Positions 52,638-62,763 of a stretch of DNA of 64,000 bases are shown here, piece after piece (the stretch's first letter is position 1; each line of letters starts with the position of its first letter). Made by a program: the position numbers and the translations under genes. A model generated the notes under the pieces. That model saw only the letters and a list, made by a program, of their open reading frames with translations. It was not told the origin of the DNA and made no database searches. The DNA is from Pelagomonas calceolata (lineage: Eukaryota). Location of the stretch: contig CAKKNE010000003.1 in assembly GCA_918797485.1 (NCBI GenBank), positions 806,001 to 870,000 on the forward strand, in the 5' to 3' direction.

Positions 52638-53528
52638 CTAGAGCATCGACCTTAATCTATGGTGACGATGTCGCTGATGCCCCCGGAGGTCGTGGTACAA
52701 CCGTCGCTCTTCCTCCGTCGGATCGCCGTGGTGCAGGTACACGTGGTCGTGATCGTGGCCATGGCCGTGGTCGTGGCCATGGTCCCCGAAGACCGAGTCG
52801 TCGAGGCGCCCCGTCGCCAACAATGCCAGCCACGCCAACCCCACGGCCAGCGATAATGCCGAAGATGCGATTTCCAATGCGCAAGTGACGCGTTCCGAGT
52901 TCGTATGTCGCGTCACGACGCCCCACAGCGCCGCGAAGAGGCCCATGAGGCCCGTCGAGCACAGCGAGAATGCGAGCAGGTAGGCCGACGCGTCTCGCAA
53001 CCGAGGCATCTGCAACACCGGTAGGACCCACACGATGTGCGTCAGGCCGTGGACGACGCCCACACCTAATGCCAGCGCGGCGTCGCGCGTGTTGTGGATC
53101 GGCATATTGTGGGCGTGGCAGTGCGAGTGGTCGTGATGAGAATGCCCCGCGTCCTTCGACTCCTTGGCTCGTCGTCGTCGTTCCCTCGTCGCGCGGAAAC
53201 CGCCGTACAGACCCACGGCGACCATGACTAATCCAACCATCGCCTCCGAAAACTCCGCGATGCTCCCAGCGAGTTGTTTCGCGGCGTCTTTGCCGCTTGT
53301 CGCGCGGGCCGTGTGCGCCACGGACCAGGTCACCGTCAGCAGTATCATTGCCGCGCCGACCATGCCGATCGAGTGCCCGAGGCCCCACCTTACCCCAAGC
53401 CGGAACGCCTCGACGCCGCCCCCCGCGGAGAGCGTCGCGAGCGCGCTGAGATGGTCCGGGCTCAGCACGTGGCCGAGGCCCATGACGCCGCCCATGGCTG
53501 CGATCTGGAGGAGGCTTTTGTCGTCCAT
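52638..53528 (-). CDS. Nickel/cobalt transporter-like protein (NiCoT/UreH/SodT type), His-rich
   Basis: GLGHVLSPDHL, WGLGHS, GVVHGL; His-rich loop and tail. Confidence 0.85.
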   Translation of the reverse strand: MDDKSLLQIAAMGGVMGLGHVLSPDHLSALATLSAGGGVEAFRLGVRWGLGHSIGMVGAAMILLTVTWSVAHTARATSGKDAAKQLAGSIAEFSEAMVGLVMVAVGLYGGFRATRERRRRAKESKDAGHSHHDHSHCHAHNMPIHNTRDAALALGVGVVHGLTHIVWVLPVLQMPRLRDASAYLLAFSLCSTGLMGLFAALWGVVTRHTNSERVTCALEIASSALSLAVGLAWLALLATGRLDDSVFGDHGHDHGHGHDHDHVYLHHGDPTEEERRLYHDLRGHQRHRHHRLRSML

Positions 53529-53713
53529 CGCGATGCTGCTGCTGGTTAAATGGCAGCTCCTGTGTTTTGCTCTCTCGTGTCTTCTGCTTGCTGCCGCTTG
53601 TGCCGAGCGCTGCAAGCGTCGCGGTAGTTGCCTGGGTATCGTGTGCCTAAATTGCAGGTGCTCAGGCCACCGCACGCGCCTCGCACGCGCCGAAAACTCA
53701 CAGCGCTGCTAAA

Positions 53714-53737
53714 GCTAGCGGCCTGTAAGACACTAGC
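53714..53737. promoter_or_regulatory. Representative copy of the recurrent 5'-intergenic motif GCTAGCG-N2-4-TGTAAGACACTAG
   Basis: Ten copies in the window, all upstream of gene starts (positions listed in findings). Confidence 0.65.
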
Positions 53738-53775
53738 AATATTTTTGGGGGTGCCGCAGTAGCAAGCCGGCGTCG

Positions 53776-54722
53776 ATGCCGCGGGCAGCCACGATGACGC
53801 TGGAACGTCTGCCACGGGAGCTGTGCGGAGTCTTTTTTCGCACCTGAGGCCGGCAGACATGGTGGTCCTTTCGATGTGCTCGCGCGGTCGGTGCGACGCA
53901 CCCCTCGACGACTTGTATTGGAAGCCGCGCTACTTGGCGGTCTTCCCTCCTCTTCGTCCTTCCCCGTCGGCATCATATCACATATGGCAAAACATGTACA
54001 TACAACGGTGGCGAGAGCGACGTCGGGCCCGGCGGATCGAGGGAGATACATGCGCGATGGGGCTCCGGCTCGGCAATATGCTGGGCTCGTACGCCCCCCG
54101 CGAAATGTCCCCTCCTACCACCGCGGCGTCCTGGATGGCTGAGACGCCCGACGGTGCGAATGGCCTCTCACGACTTTCGCGAGAGGTGGAGTTGTGGCAG
54201 GAGGACGAAGAGGACGACAACTACCTTATACGGGGACCACCGGGCCCCCGTCATGGACTGGTGACGGTGAGGGACTCAGGCCACACATCGAGGCCGATTC
54301 GCTATTTTGTGGAAGCACATGCCGATATTGGGCCCGACCGCGGCGAGATGGACGTATCCCTCAGGCTCTCAGATGAGAGCGACATCACTTGCATCCGCGT
54401 GCACACCAGCGATGGCGTTTTGCACGACCCCGAGCGCCCGGAGGTCGGCCGACGCCGGATCCGCGTCGGCTCCCCCGTCTCCGAGTTGCTCCAAGCCTAC
54501 GGGCTCGGCGCCGACGACGTGACATATCTCCCCTCCGATAGATTTGGGCCCACATTCGTGCTCCGAGGCGTCCAAGGATTGAGGTTTGGGGTAGCTGGGG
54601 AGATCGAGTACGACGAGGATGGAAATCATGAGAAGGATAAACTGCTCGGCGAGCGCCTAGTATCGATCGCGGTACACAGGGCGAATGTGCACGATGTGCT
54701 GCTGTCGATGCTAGGAGACTAG
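53776..54722 (+). CDS. F-box-like protein with an apparent 1-nt frameshift in the T6 run at 53833..53838
   Basis: LERLPRELCGVF in one frame continues as FSHLRPADMVVLSMCSR...DDLYW in another. Confidence 0.55.
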
Positions 54723-54772
54723 GTAGATGGTAGTATTGTATACTTGACAACAAGGGGAAAAGGGACCCGCGC

Positions 54773-56305
54773 TCACGCGCCGTAGAGCGCCGACCGCGCC
54801 GCGGCGTAGGAGTGCTCCGGCGGCGCCGCGACGGCGTACTCCGGCCGCGCGGGCACCGGAACGAAGAGGGGCTCCTCGGGCTGCAGCACGCCGTAGCCCG
54901 CCGACGGCTCGTAGACCGGCGCGCCGCTCACATCCCGAGCAGCAGCAGCGGCATTCAAGGGTTTCGACGACCACGACGCCGTGCGCGGTCGATTCGCCAC
55001 GAAGGTCCGCGCGCTCGCCGCGCGTCTCGATTCCTCGCTGACCTTCGCGCGCCGGAGTGAGGGCGCCGCCGGCGCGGGGCTCCTCACAGCAGCCTGAGGG
55101 CAGTCCTTGATCCAGTGGCCACTCACACCGCACTTGTGGCAGACGTAGCCGTCCGGCGGCCCCTTCGGCGCTCTCGGCTTTCGCTCCTCGAACTGCGGAC
55201 ACTGCTTGAGGAAGTGGCCGGGCACGCCGCACTTCTTGCAGACGTAGCCGTCCGGCGGGCCCTTTTCGGCTCTGCCGTTGACGACGTCGACGACGATGCC
55301 GTTCGACTTCGGTCGTTCGGTTTTCTTCGGGAAGGACTTCTTTTGGGGAGGCGCCTTGCGCGAGCGCGTGAGGTCGATCTCCGGTTTTCGCTGCGGTGAC
55401 TGCGGCGACGCCGGCGGCGGCGCGAGCACGCGAAACCCGCCCGCCGGCGCGATCACCCGAAAGCCTCCTGAAGAGGGAGCCTTGTCGTGGCCCCACCGCT
55501 CCCCGTCATCTACCGATGAACGCTTCTCGACCTTGCCTGATAACCGGTCGCGGACCTCCCTTCGCGTCGAGCCCTTCCTATCGACCTTGCCGCCCCGCCT
55601 ATCGTCATGTTGATCCCACTTCCTCGGCTTGCGCTTCTGCGGCGGCGTGTCGTCTACCGGTGTCGGGGGACGGTCGCCCGCATTGGCCAAAGCCGCGGCG
55701 GCAGCCAGTGCTAGCGGCGAGTTGTCCTCGGTGCTTTCAGTAGTGATGGACGCCTCTTCTTCCTCTTGGAGGGCTTCCTGCGCCGCGACGGCGGCGTCGG
55801 CAGCTTGGGCCGCGTCCACGGCTAGTTCAGCTAAAGGTGGCTGCGCCTTCAATTGCCTTAACTCCCGCTTCCGCCCGAACAAGCCCGACAGCTTGCCCTC
55901 GCCCTTCGCTAGTCTACGAAACACCCTCGCATCATCCGCCTTTTCCACGACTAGCTCCTTCTTCTTCTCCTCCTTTTTTTCTAGCTCTTTGACAGGAGTG
56001 GCGCCGTCCTTCACGAGGGACGACCAGGCCGCAGGCTTGTCGCTCTGGGTTTCTTCCTTGGGCGGCTCCTCGCTCGGTTCCTTAGGATTGAGCACCGCGA
56101 GCTTCTGCCCTTCGTTGTCGGACGACGCGCTCCTCCCGCGCAGATGGGGCGGCACGTAGGTTTGGGTGGGCGGCGGGGCTTCGTCTTCGCCGGACTCGGA
56201 GAACTCGCCCGCTTCCGCTCTCCGGCGCGGGCGGTCGTCGTCTTCACTTTCGTCGTCGCTGCCCCAGGTGGCCTTCTTGCCGATGAGGATGTCAGTTTTG
56301 CCCAT
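54773..56305 (-). CDS. Low-complexity protein with two CCHC zinc knuckles (RBBP6/Mpe1-type)
   Basis: GPPDGYVCKKCGVPGHFLKQCP and GPPDGYVCHKCGVSGHWIKDCP. Confidence 0.85.
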   Translation of the reverse strand: MGKTDILIGKKATWGSDDESEDDDRPRRRAEAGEFSESGEDEAPPPTQTYVPPHLRGRSASSDNEGQKLAVLNPKEPSEEPPKEETQSDKPAAWSSLVKDGATPVKELEKKEEKKKELVVEKADDARVFRRLAKGEGKLSGLFGRKRELRQLKAQPPLAELAVDAAQAADAAVAAQEALQEEEEASITTESTEDNSPLALAAAAALANAGDRPPTPVDDTPPQKRKPRKWDQHDDRRGGKVDRKGSTRREVRDRLSGKVEKRSSVDDGERWGHDKAPSSGGFRVIAPAGGFRVLAPPPASPQSPQRKPEIDLTRSRKAPPQKKSFPKKTERPKSNGIVVDVVNGRAEKGPPDGYVCKKCGVPGHFLKQCPQFEERKPRAPKGPPDGYVCHKCGVSGHWIKDCPQAAVRSPAPAAPSLRRAKVSEESRRAASARTFVANRPRTASWSSKPLNAAAAARDVSGAPVYEPSAGYGVLQPEEPLFVPVPARPEYAVAAPPEHSYAAARSALYGA

Positions 56306-56868
56306 GCTTGTCCGCGTTTCGTGGCAGGACCGCTCAGCGGGCTCGCGCGCGAGTGGTGCGCGCCTGAATTTGTTGGTTTCGCAGCTAGAGCGCTCCGAGG
56401 GGTCTCTGGAGCGTGGCGCGAGCCCTAATTAACGCGTCTTGCCGCGCCGAGCTCTGTTTCTGCTGCAGCCAAAAAGCTGTCCTGGCACAGCTGGGCCTCC
56501 CCCGAGCTGTGTCTTGTGCGCGAGTTGTCTGGCGGGTTGGCGACGGGCTGCCGACGCGCGCGCGTAGCCTATGACCTCGTCGTCGCGGAGCTTGGAGCTG
56601 CTCAGCGGCTCCTCTGCTGGACCTCCAAAATCCAGCCTCTCCCGAGGCGAACCTCACGAACTCGTCTCAAACTTCGCGAGGAGCAAGAAGGAGCCTCGAC
56701 ACGTCCAAGCGCGGTTTTTTCGCCTGCGACAAAACCCGAACCCACTCTCACAGCTTGAGACTTTGGACGCCGTGGTCGCTGCGCGCACGGCGTCGACGCA
56801 TCGTTTGTGCATCGTCTGGAGACCCTAACACTCCCAGCTTTCAGCGGCAAAAGCAGCGATTGCAAAGC

Positions 56869-58329
56869 ATGGCTCTGCTCCGCTGCACCACCCGGCTTGC
56901 TCTGCGGACGCCGCGCCGCCAGCTCGCAGCGGTGCCACAGACGGTCTCCGACGACGAATTCAACAAAATAAAGGACGAGCTCACGTCCTTCATGCACGAC
57001 CGCATTTACCCGAACGAGCAGCTCTTCCTGAAACAGAGCCACGAGAGCCGCTGGACCAATGGCAAAGAGTGGACTCATCCCCCTCTCATCGTAGATTTGA
57101 TGCAAGAAGCCAAACAGCGAGGCCTCTGGAATTTATTTTTACCGGCAGACAGCGCACAACTCGCACCGAAGGGAACGCATTTGGGGAGAGGCCTGACGAA
57201 TCTGCAGTATGCGGATCTGTGTGAACTGATGGGCACGTCGGTCCATTTCGAGTTTGCCGCCACAGCTTGTAATTGCGCGTCGCCCGATACGGGAAATATG
57301 GAGACCATCGCAAGGTTCGGTAATGAGCAACAGAAGGAAAAGTGGCTCTCCCCATTACTAGATGGATCGATCCGGTCGTGCTTCGCGATGACGGAGCCCG
57401 ACGTCGCTAGTTCTGATGCTACAAATATCAGTATTGATATACGAGACGATGGGGATGACTTTGTGGTGAACGGGCGGAAGTGGTGGTGCACGGGCGCCGG
57501 AAGTTTACATTGTAAGGTCATGATTTTGATGGGCAAGACCGACCCTGACGCCAAAGCGTTCGCGCAGCAGAGTATGTTGTTAGTTGACCTTGCCAATACT
57601 GATGGGATTGAGTTGGTGCGACCTCTCACAGTATTTGGGGATGACGATGCCCCAAAAGGGCACTTCGAGCTTTCATTTACTGATGTACGTATTCCCAAAT
57701 CAAATGTACTGTGGCAGCGGGGCAAGGGCTTCGAAATTGCGCAACGTAGACTCGGTCCGGGCCGCATCCACCACTGCATGCGCTGCATCGGGCAGATGGA
57801 GCGTGCTTTAGCGACCATGGCGCAAAGAGCTATGAAGAGAGTAGCCTTCGGCAAGCCTTTGGCTGCTCGTGATTCCGTATTGGAGGACGTCGCGCGCATT
57901 CGGTGTGAGATAGATGGCTGTCGACATTTGGTGAGAGAAGCTGCATCACTCATGGACCGCAAGGGCAACACTGATTTGGAAACGCGGCAGCGGTTATCCT
58001 TAGTCAAAGCTCTGGTGCCTCATACCCTACAGTCTATTGCTGATAGAGCCATGCAATTACATGGGGGCGCGGGCGTGTCGGGAGATACACCATTGACGCA
58101 CATCTGGGCGACGGGCCGCGGTCTCCGGTTGGCCGATGGCCCCGACGCCGTCCACTGGCGCAAGGCCGGCCAGCTCGAGTTCGAGCGGCAGCGGGCAAGC
58201 CCGCTCGCGCCCTACGGGTCCTACGCCCCGTCTCGGGACGCGCCTTCCTTCCGGTCGACGACGGACCCGCTCTCGGAGGAGGCCGCGTCGTTCTTGGTCG
58301 AGTTCGAGGCGCTGATGAAGAGCTCGTGA
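56869..58329 (+). CDS. Acyl-CoA dehydrogenase (ACAD10/11-like clade) with a mitochondrial-type leader
   Basis: GLWNLFLP, PDTGNME, FAMTEPDVASSDATNI, RLGPGRIHHCMR, RLADGPD.VH. Confidence 0.93.
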   Translation: MALLRCTTRLALRTPRRQLAAVPQTVSDDEFNKIKDELTSFMHDRIYPNEQLFLKQSHESRWTNGKEWTHPPLIVDLMQEAKQRGLWNLFLPADSAQLAPKGTHLGRGLTNLQYADLCELMGTSVHFEFAATACNCASPDTGNMETIARFGNEQQKEKWLSPLLDGSIRSCFAMTEPDVASSDATNISIDIRDDGDDFVVNGRKWWCTGAGSLHCKVMILMGKTDPDAKAFAQQSMLLVDLANTDGIELVRPLTVFGDDDAPKGHFELSFTDVRIPKSNVLWQRGKGFEIAQRRLGPGRIHHCMRCIGQMERALATMAQRAMKRVAFGKPLAARDSVLEDVARIRCEIDGCRHLVREAASLMDRKGNTDLETRQRLSLVKALVPHTLQSIADRAMQLHGGAGVSGDTPLTHIWATGRGLRLADGPDAVHWRKAGQLEFERQRASPLAPYGSYAPSRDAPSFRSTTDPLSEEAASFLVEFEALMKSS

Positions 58330-58490
58330 TCTCGGGGAGCTTGTTGCCTACGCGCACGTCGTCGCGGTGTCGCGGCGATGGCGTATTCGGTCTATCGCTG
58401 CGTCTGCCCGATGGCGTGGAGGAGGACGAAGCGCTAGCTTTATCATTGTGTAACGACCGTATAGTTAGCAGGCACGAAGGTAAGGAGGAC

Positions 58491-58832
58491 CTACCACGCG
58501 TGCTTCTCGAGGTCCTGGGCGTTGTACAGGAAGACCGCCGCGAGGACGTTCGTCATCCCCAAAGCGTACTCGACGCTCAGTTCCGTGCCGAAGAGGACCA
58601 TGGACAACACGCCCGTCAGGAGGACGGAGATGGCCGTCGCGTAGCCCTTGAGCACCGCGTCGGCGTACTTGAGGACCGCGGCCACGGTGAGGCCGCCCGC
58701 GGCACTATTCACGGCCGCAATACAAGCCTTGTAGTCGAACCCGTACCACAAACCTTTGGTTGTGATGGGCGTCCAGTCCGTCACCAGGGCCCAGGTGCCT
58801 CCTATTATCAATGAGGTGAGCGCCAACTGGAC
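58491..58832 (-). pseudogene. 3' fragment of an SLC35A-type nucleotide-sugar transporter; 5' exons not found
   Basis: VQLA...GF....GGLTVAAVLKYADAVLKGYAT, preceded by a CCCAG acceptor at 58833. Confidence 0.75.
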
Positions 58833-58852
58833 CTGGGTATAAGCTAAACCAG

Positions 58853-59480
58853 GAAATCGTACGTGGGACGGCCGGAGGGAGACTGGGCTCGGGGCATGGC
58901 AATAAACCAGCTTGGGAACGGTTTGGCCTTTGCAAGTCACCATGAGGGCGCGTTGTCCGTGAGACGCGCCGAGTTGGCTATGCTGCAGCGCCTTGACGCA
59001 CCAGAACACGAGATCCTCATCGCTCAGAGCAATATTTCGAACACGTATCATTCGCTGGGGCGGCACGAAGAGAACATGCACATACGGCGAGTCGTACACT
59101 GGGGGTTTTCGACGCTTCTTGGCGAAGAACATGAACTCACCCTCCACACAGCCACCTGCTACGCGACGACGCTGACAAAACTAAAGCACTTCGAAGAATC
59201 CAGGTCATTGATGCGCAAGATGATACCCGTGTCGCGTCGCGTTCTCGGAGAGGTCCATCGAATCACGCTCACGACGAGGTATTGTTACGGGGAGGCGCTC
59301 TACACGAACCCCGGCGCCACCCTCGACGATCTCCGCGAGGCCGTGGCGACGCTCGAGGACACGGAACGGACCGTCCGGCGCGTGTTCGGCAACACGCATC
59401 CGCTCACTGTGGCCAATGAGGAGGGTGTGCGAGAATCGCGAGCCGCCCTCCGCGCCCGCGAAACGCAGGGCAGCGCGTAA
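58853..59480 (+). pseudogene. TPR-like helical-repeat protein, apparently 5'-truncated
   Basis: QSNISNTYHSLG, LGEEHELTL, RRVLGEVH, RRVFGNTHPLT (kinesin-light-chain-like TPRs); reading frame opens right after a CCAG at 58852. Confidence 0.65.
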
Positions 59481-59500
59481 ATAGCAAAACCAGAAAATTA

Positions 59501-61756
59501 CTACCACTCCCCCATCCGCTCCAGACAAGCACAGAGCCGGTCCACCTCCTCAACCGTATTGTAGTGCACGAGCGACGCGCGCACGACACTTTGGAAACCG
59601 GCCGCCGCGACCAAGCCGGGCGAGAGGAACTCGCCGCAGCGCACGGCAATGTCCAGGGAGCGGCACCGTTCAACAATAGCCTCCGGCGTTATCGTCGCAT
59701 GGACGAACGCGACCGTCGGTAAAGGCAGGGTCTCCCCGAAGGCCTCCATAACTGAAACGCGCGGCTGTGATCTCAGAAAGCCGATTAACCTTCTAAATGG
59801 TGCCGCCTCCGCTATTGAACAATGCTCATAGAACGCGTCAACGGAACCGTACTCGAGGAAATAACTCTCGAGTGCGGCAGCACCGGCGCAAGCCTCATGA
59901 GACAGCGTACCGCGCTCAAAAGCCCTACCAGATGGGTAGTACTGGGGAGCCGGCAATCCACTGGAAGCCACTCCATCCACAAACCGCTGCGACAACCCGC
60001 AACAGGCCAGGTGCGGGCCAAAACATTTATGATATGCCACGACGACCGCGTCAGCATCGGCAAACACGGGCCGCCGGTGCGGCGCGTAGGCCACGGCGTC
60101 GACCACGATCATTGAATGGGGGCACGCCTCCCTGATACATTGTATGATCGTAGGAACGTCGTAGACCCTTCCAGAAACGTTCGACGCCGCGGGCACACAG
60201 ACGACTTTGATGGAAGCGTCGAGCAGCGGTGTCAACGTCTCAAGGTCTAGAGAACCGTCCTGGCCGCAGCGCCACCATCTTACTGAACGCTGCATCCAGG
60301 GCCTTAGTAAAGCATCATGCGCCGCGTCCGTCAGAATGACAGGACCGTCCGTGAGGGACGCCACCTGGTCCAAAGCGTTCGACGCGTTCGCGGCGAGGAA
60401 GACCGTATCCTTCTGCAGCCACCTACACGCAAAGCTTCGACACGCTTCCCTGGCGGCAGCGCCGTGGATATCGCGCCAGCGCGCTTGCAGAGCGTTCTGC
60501 GACGCCTCGATCACGCAACGAGGCACCTGCGTGCCGCCGCCGTTCTCTAAAAAGGCCCATCTATTATCGTCATCAAAGAAGGCAAATCTACGTCTCGCTT
60601 GTAATGCGATCGCCGTTGAAACAGAAGGTGGCCTTTCAGAGACCGCATCTAAGAGCTTGGACGCGGCCCGGAACCGCCTCCAAGCTAGCGCCGGCCCCAG
60701 GGCCGTACTAAACGCCGTGTCGCACGGTTTTTGCGCATCTACACAGACCCATGTTTCAGACGGTGCGTCGAGGACGCAAAAGGCCAATAGGGAAGTCACG
60801 ACGCCGTGGTGGAACGCCTCCACCGGTCCATGATCAGAAGAGCCATAGGCGTTCGGCGGGCAGTTGCACTCGATGAGGTGCGCCTTCAGCTCGTTATCTC
60901 GCTCCTCGAGCAGCACATCGACGCCGACCAATTCAAATCTGTTGGAAGATGGAGCCAGCGCCGGCGCGCAGGCCCGCGAGAGCGACCTTAGAGCTGTTAC
61001 GACAGCCTCAAAGGCCTCCGGATGTGACTGTCGAAGATCTGGGACGGGCCGCTCCGGCACGAAATTTGATGAGTCGACGTTGCAGGACACATTTGTCACA
61101 TGTTGTTCCGGAGCCATATCACCGGAAGGCGGTGCATATGGCAAGGCGCAGACCTGGGCCATGGCTCCTGTATAGAGGTAGCACCTTCGACCGCGCCACA
61201 CGCAATAACACCGGTACTGGAGCTTCCTACCTCGCCACAACAACGGATTATGAAGATAAGACTGCAGCACGACTTCGTGCCGCGCGTCGATAGTCATATG
61301 AAGTAAATCTTCCGCGCATGATGCGAACCACAATCCGACACCGCTATTCGCGGTCGCGTCCTTGACGACCCAGGCGCCTCGCAGATCTTCCTGCTCGATG
61401 AACGCCCGCAGCTCCTTCACGTTCGAAAAACTTCGAGACCACAGCACCGCTTCGCCGCAGCGCTCCGCGAGGTCCGAGAACCGGCCCTTGTGCTCGAGGG
61501 CCTGCCGGGCGCCGACGACGTGGTTGTACGATGCTACAGAAGCGCAGGCGGCCTTGTGGGCCTTGCTCGGCGTATTCAACCAGATGAAGTCCGCGTTGGC
61601 GGCGCGGCGCTCGCGCTGGACGACTAACGTACCGTTCGAGGCGTTTTCGAGCGCGTTCAGAGCGCCGCCGATGCGTTTGGCGGCGAGGGGCTCGCGGTCG
61701 GAGACGAAGTAGCGCAGCGTGCGGGGCTCGGCCGCGGCCGCGTCGTAGGCGGCCAT
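59501..61756 (-). CDS. Fusion of a tubulin-tyrosine-ligase-like ATP-grasp domain and a class V aminotransferase (cysteine desulfurase-like) domain
   Basis: WVVK..ANSGVG, LQSYLHNPLL..GRK..YR, HVTN, FELVGVDVLL, LIECN..P; then FLENGGGTQVP, ASNVSG, VDAVAYAPH, HKCFGPH, RASLVHYNTVEEVDRL. Confidence 0.9.
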   Translation of the reverse strand: MAAYDAAAAEPRTLRYFVSDREPLAAKRIGGALNALENASNGTLVVQRERRAANADFIWLNTPSKAHKAACASVASYNHVVGARQALEHKGRFSDLAERCGEAVLWSRSFSNVKELRAFIEQEDLRGAWVVKDATANSGVGLWFASCAEDLLHMTIDARHEVVLQSYLHNPLLWRGRKLQYRCYCVWRGRRCYLYTGAMAQVCALPYAPPSGDMAPEQHVTNVSCNVDSSNFVPERPVPDLRQSHPEAFEAVVTALRSLSRACAPALAPSSNRFELVGVDVLLEERDNELKAHLIECNCPPNAYGSSDHGPVEAFHHGVVTSLLAFCVLDAPSETWVCVDAQKPCDTAFSTALGPALAWRRFRAASKLLDAVSERPPSVSTAIALQARRRFAFFDDDNRWAFLENGGGTQVPRCVIEASQNALQARWRDIHGAAAREACRSFACRWLQKDTVFLAANASNALDQVASLTDGPVILTDAAHDALLRPWMQRSVRWWRCGQDGSLDLETLTPLLDASIKVVCVPAASNVSGRVYDVPTIIQCIREACPHSMIVVDAVAYAPHRRPVFADADAVVVAYHKCFGPHLACCGLSQRFVDGVASSGLPAPQYYPSGRAFERGTLSHEACAGAAALESYFLEYGSVDAFYEHCSIAEAAPFRRLIGFLRSQPRVSVMEAFGETLPLPTVAFVHATITPEAIVERCRSLDIAVRCGEFLSPGLVAAAGFQSVVRASLVHYNTVEEVDRLCACLERMGEW

Positions 61757-62016
61757 CCGCCGCTAGCCGTGACGATCTCTCAGCCAGTGGGTTTGGAGAG
61801 CTAGACTGTGGCGTGAGATAGCCGTGCTCGTTGAAGCTGTGGCGCAGCTCTACGTGTTCTGTGGCCTCTCTGCGAGATTTCCACAATACTTCGAGCGCTT
61901 CTAAGGCACTACAGAGCTGCCAAAGCCAGCAGACAAGTTTTGCTGGCTTTCTAGTGTCTTATACCGCTAGCTCCGCGTAGTGCTCGTCCGCATTTCAGGC
62001 CTATAATCCGCGCGTG

Positions 62017-62763
62017 ATGGCGTTCCGTGCCACAAGAGTGCTCACGAGGCATGCTCGACAACGTAGCTCGAGCGTAATTGCACAGCTTCCACGTGTAACG
62101 AGGAGTGCCACCAGCACCACAGGTGGCATCACCCAGCGGTTTTGCACGCCGACGCGGCGCGCATTCGGCGCTGGCGGCCTCAGCGGCAGCGGACCGCCCG
62201 GCGCACACACGGACGCCTCCGCATCGCGCCGCTCGTTCGGCGCGGGAAGCATCGGCGGCCGACCGCGCGACGACGACGACGACGACGACGCGAAATCAAT
62301 GAGACGGCAGAAGTTTGATGCTTTCGTAGAACGCGGCAAGGAGCGGCTCGGCCCCGAGCGCGTCGAGCGCCTCGAGCGACTGAACGAGAAACGCAAGGTC
62401 CACGCGGCCTACGTCCGAGAGGCCGGCAAGGGCTCGGAGCTGTCCATGAGCGAGCGCATGAAGCGGCTCGTGTCGGCTTACGGGCCCTTGGCGCTCGGCT
62501 TCCACGTCACTACCGAGGTTGTTGTTTGTGGCCTCTTCTATTTAGCCGTGGACCACGGCCTGGACGTGGGCGCGCTCCTGCGGGTGGTTGAATCGATGAC
62601 GGGCACAGACATGTCTACAGTCGTGTCTTCCGGCGCCGGGACCCTTGGAGTGGCCTACGCGCTCACGGTGGCGCTGACGGGCATCCCGCGGACGTTTCTC
62701 ACCATCGCGGCGACGCCGTACATCGCGCGGAAGCTCGGCTGGCGGCCCAAGAAGGATGTATGA
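62017..62763 (+). CDS. DUF1279/FAM210-like membrane protein, probably mitochondrial
   Basis: K.LV..YG..A..FH...Y.AV..G.DV...AY......PR..LT.A.TP; Arg/Ser-rich leader. Confidence 0.75.
   Translation: MAFRATRVLTRHARQRSSSVIAQLPRVTRSATSTTGGITQRFCTPTRRAFGAGGLSGSGPPGAHTDASASRRSFGAGSIGGRPRDDDDDDDAKSMRRQKFDAFVERGKERLGPERVERLERLNEKRKVHAAYVREAGKGSELSMSERMKRLVSAYGPLALGFHVTTEVVVCGLFYLAVDHGLDVGALLRVVESMTGTDMSTVVSSGAGTLGVAYALTVALTGIPRTFLTIAATPYIARKLGWRPKKDV

Noticed and set aside
58220..58497. Extra 3' exon of the sugar transporter overlapping the ACAD 3' end in antisense
   Set aside because: A GT..TAG intron is possible, but nothing in the sequence independently supports the resulting peptide.
58491..59147. 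Single 218-aa minus-strand protein
   Set aside because: Its N-terminal half is only the antisense of the TPR-like fragment; transporter similarity starts at 58832.
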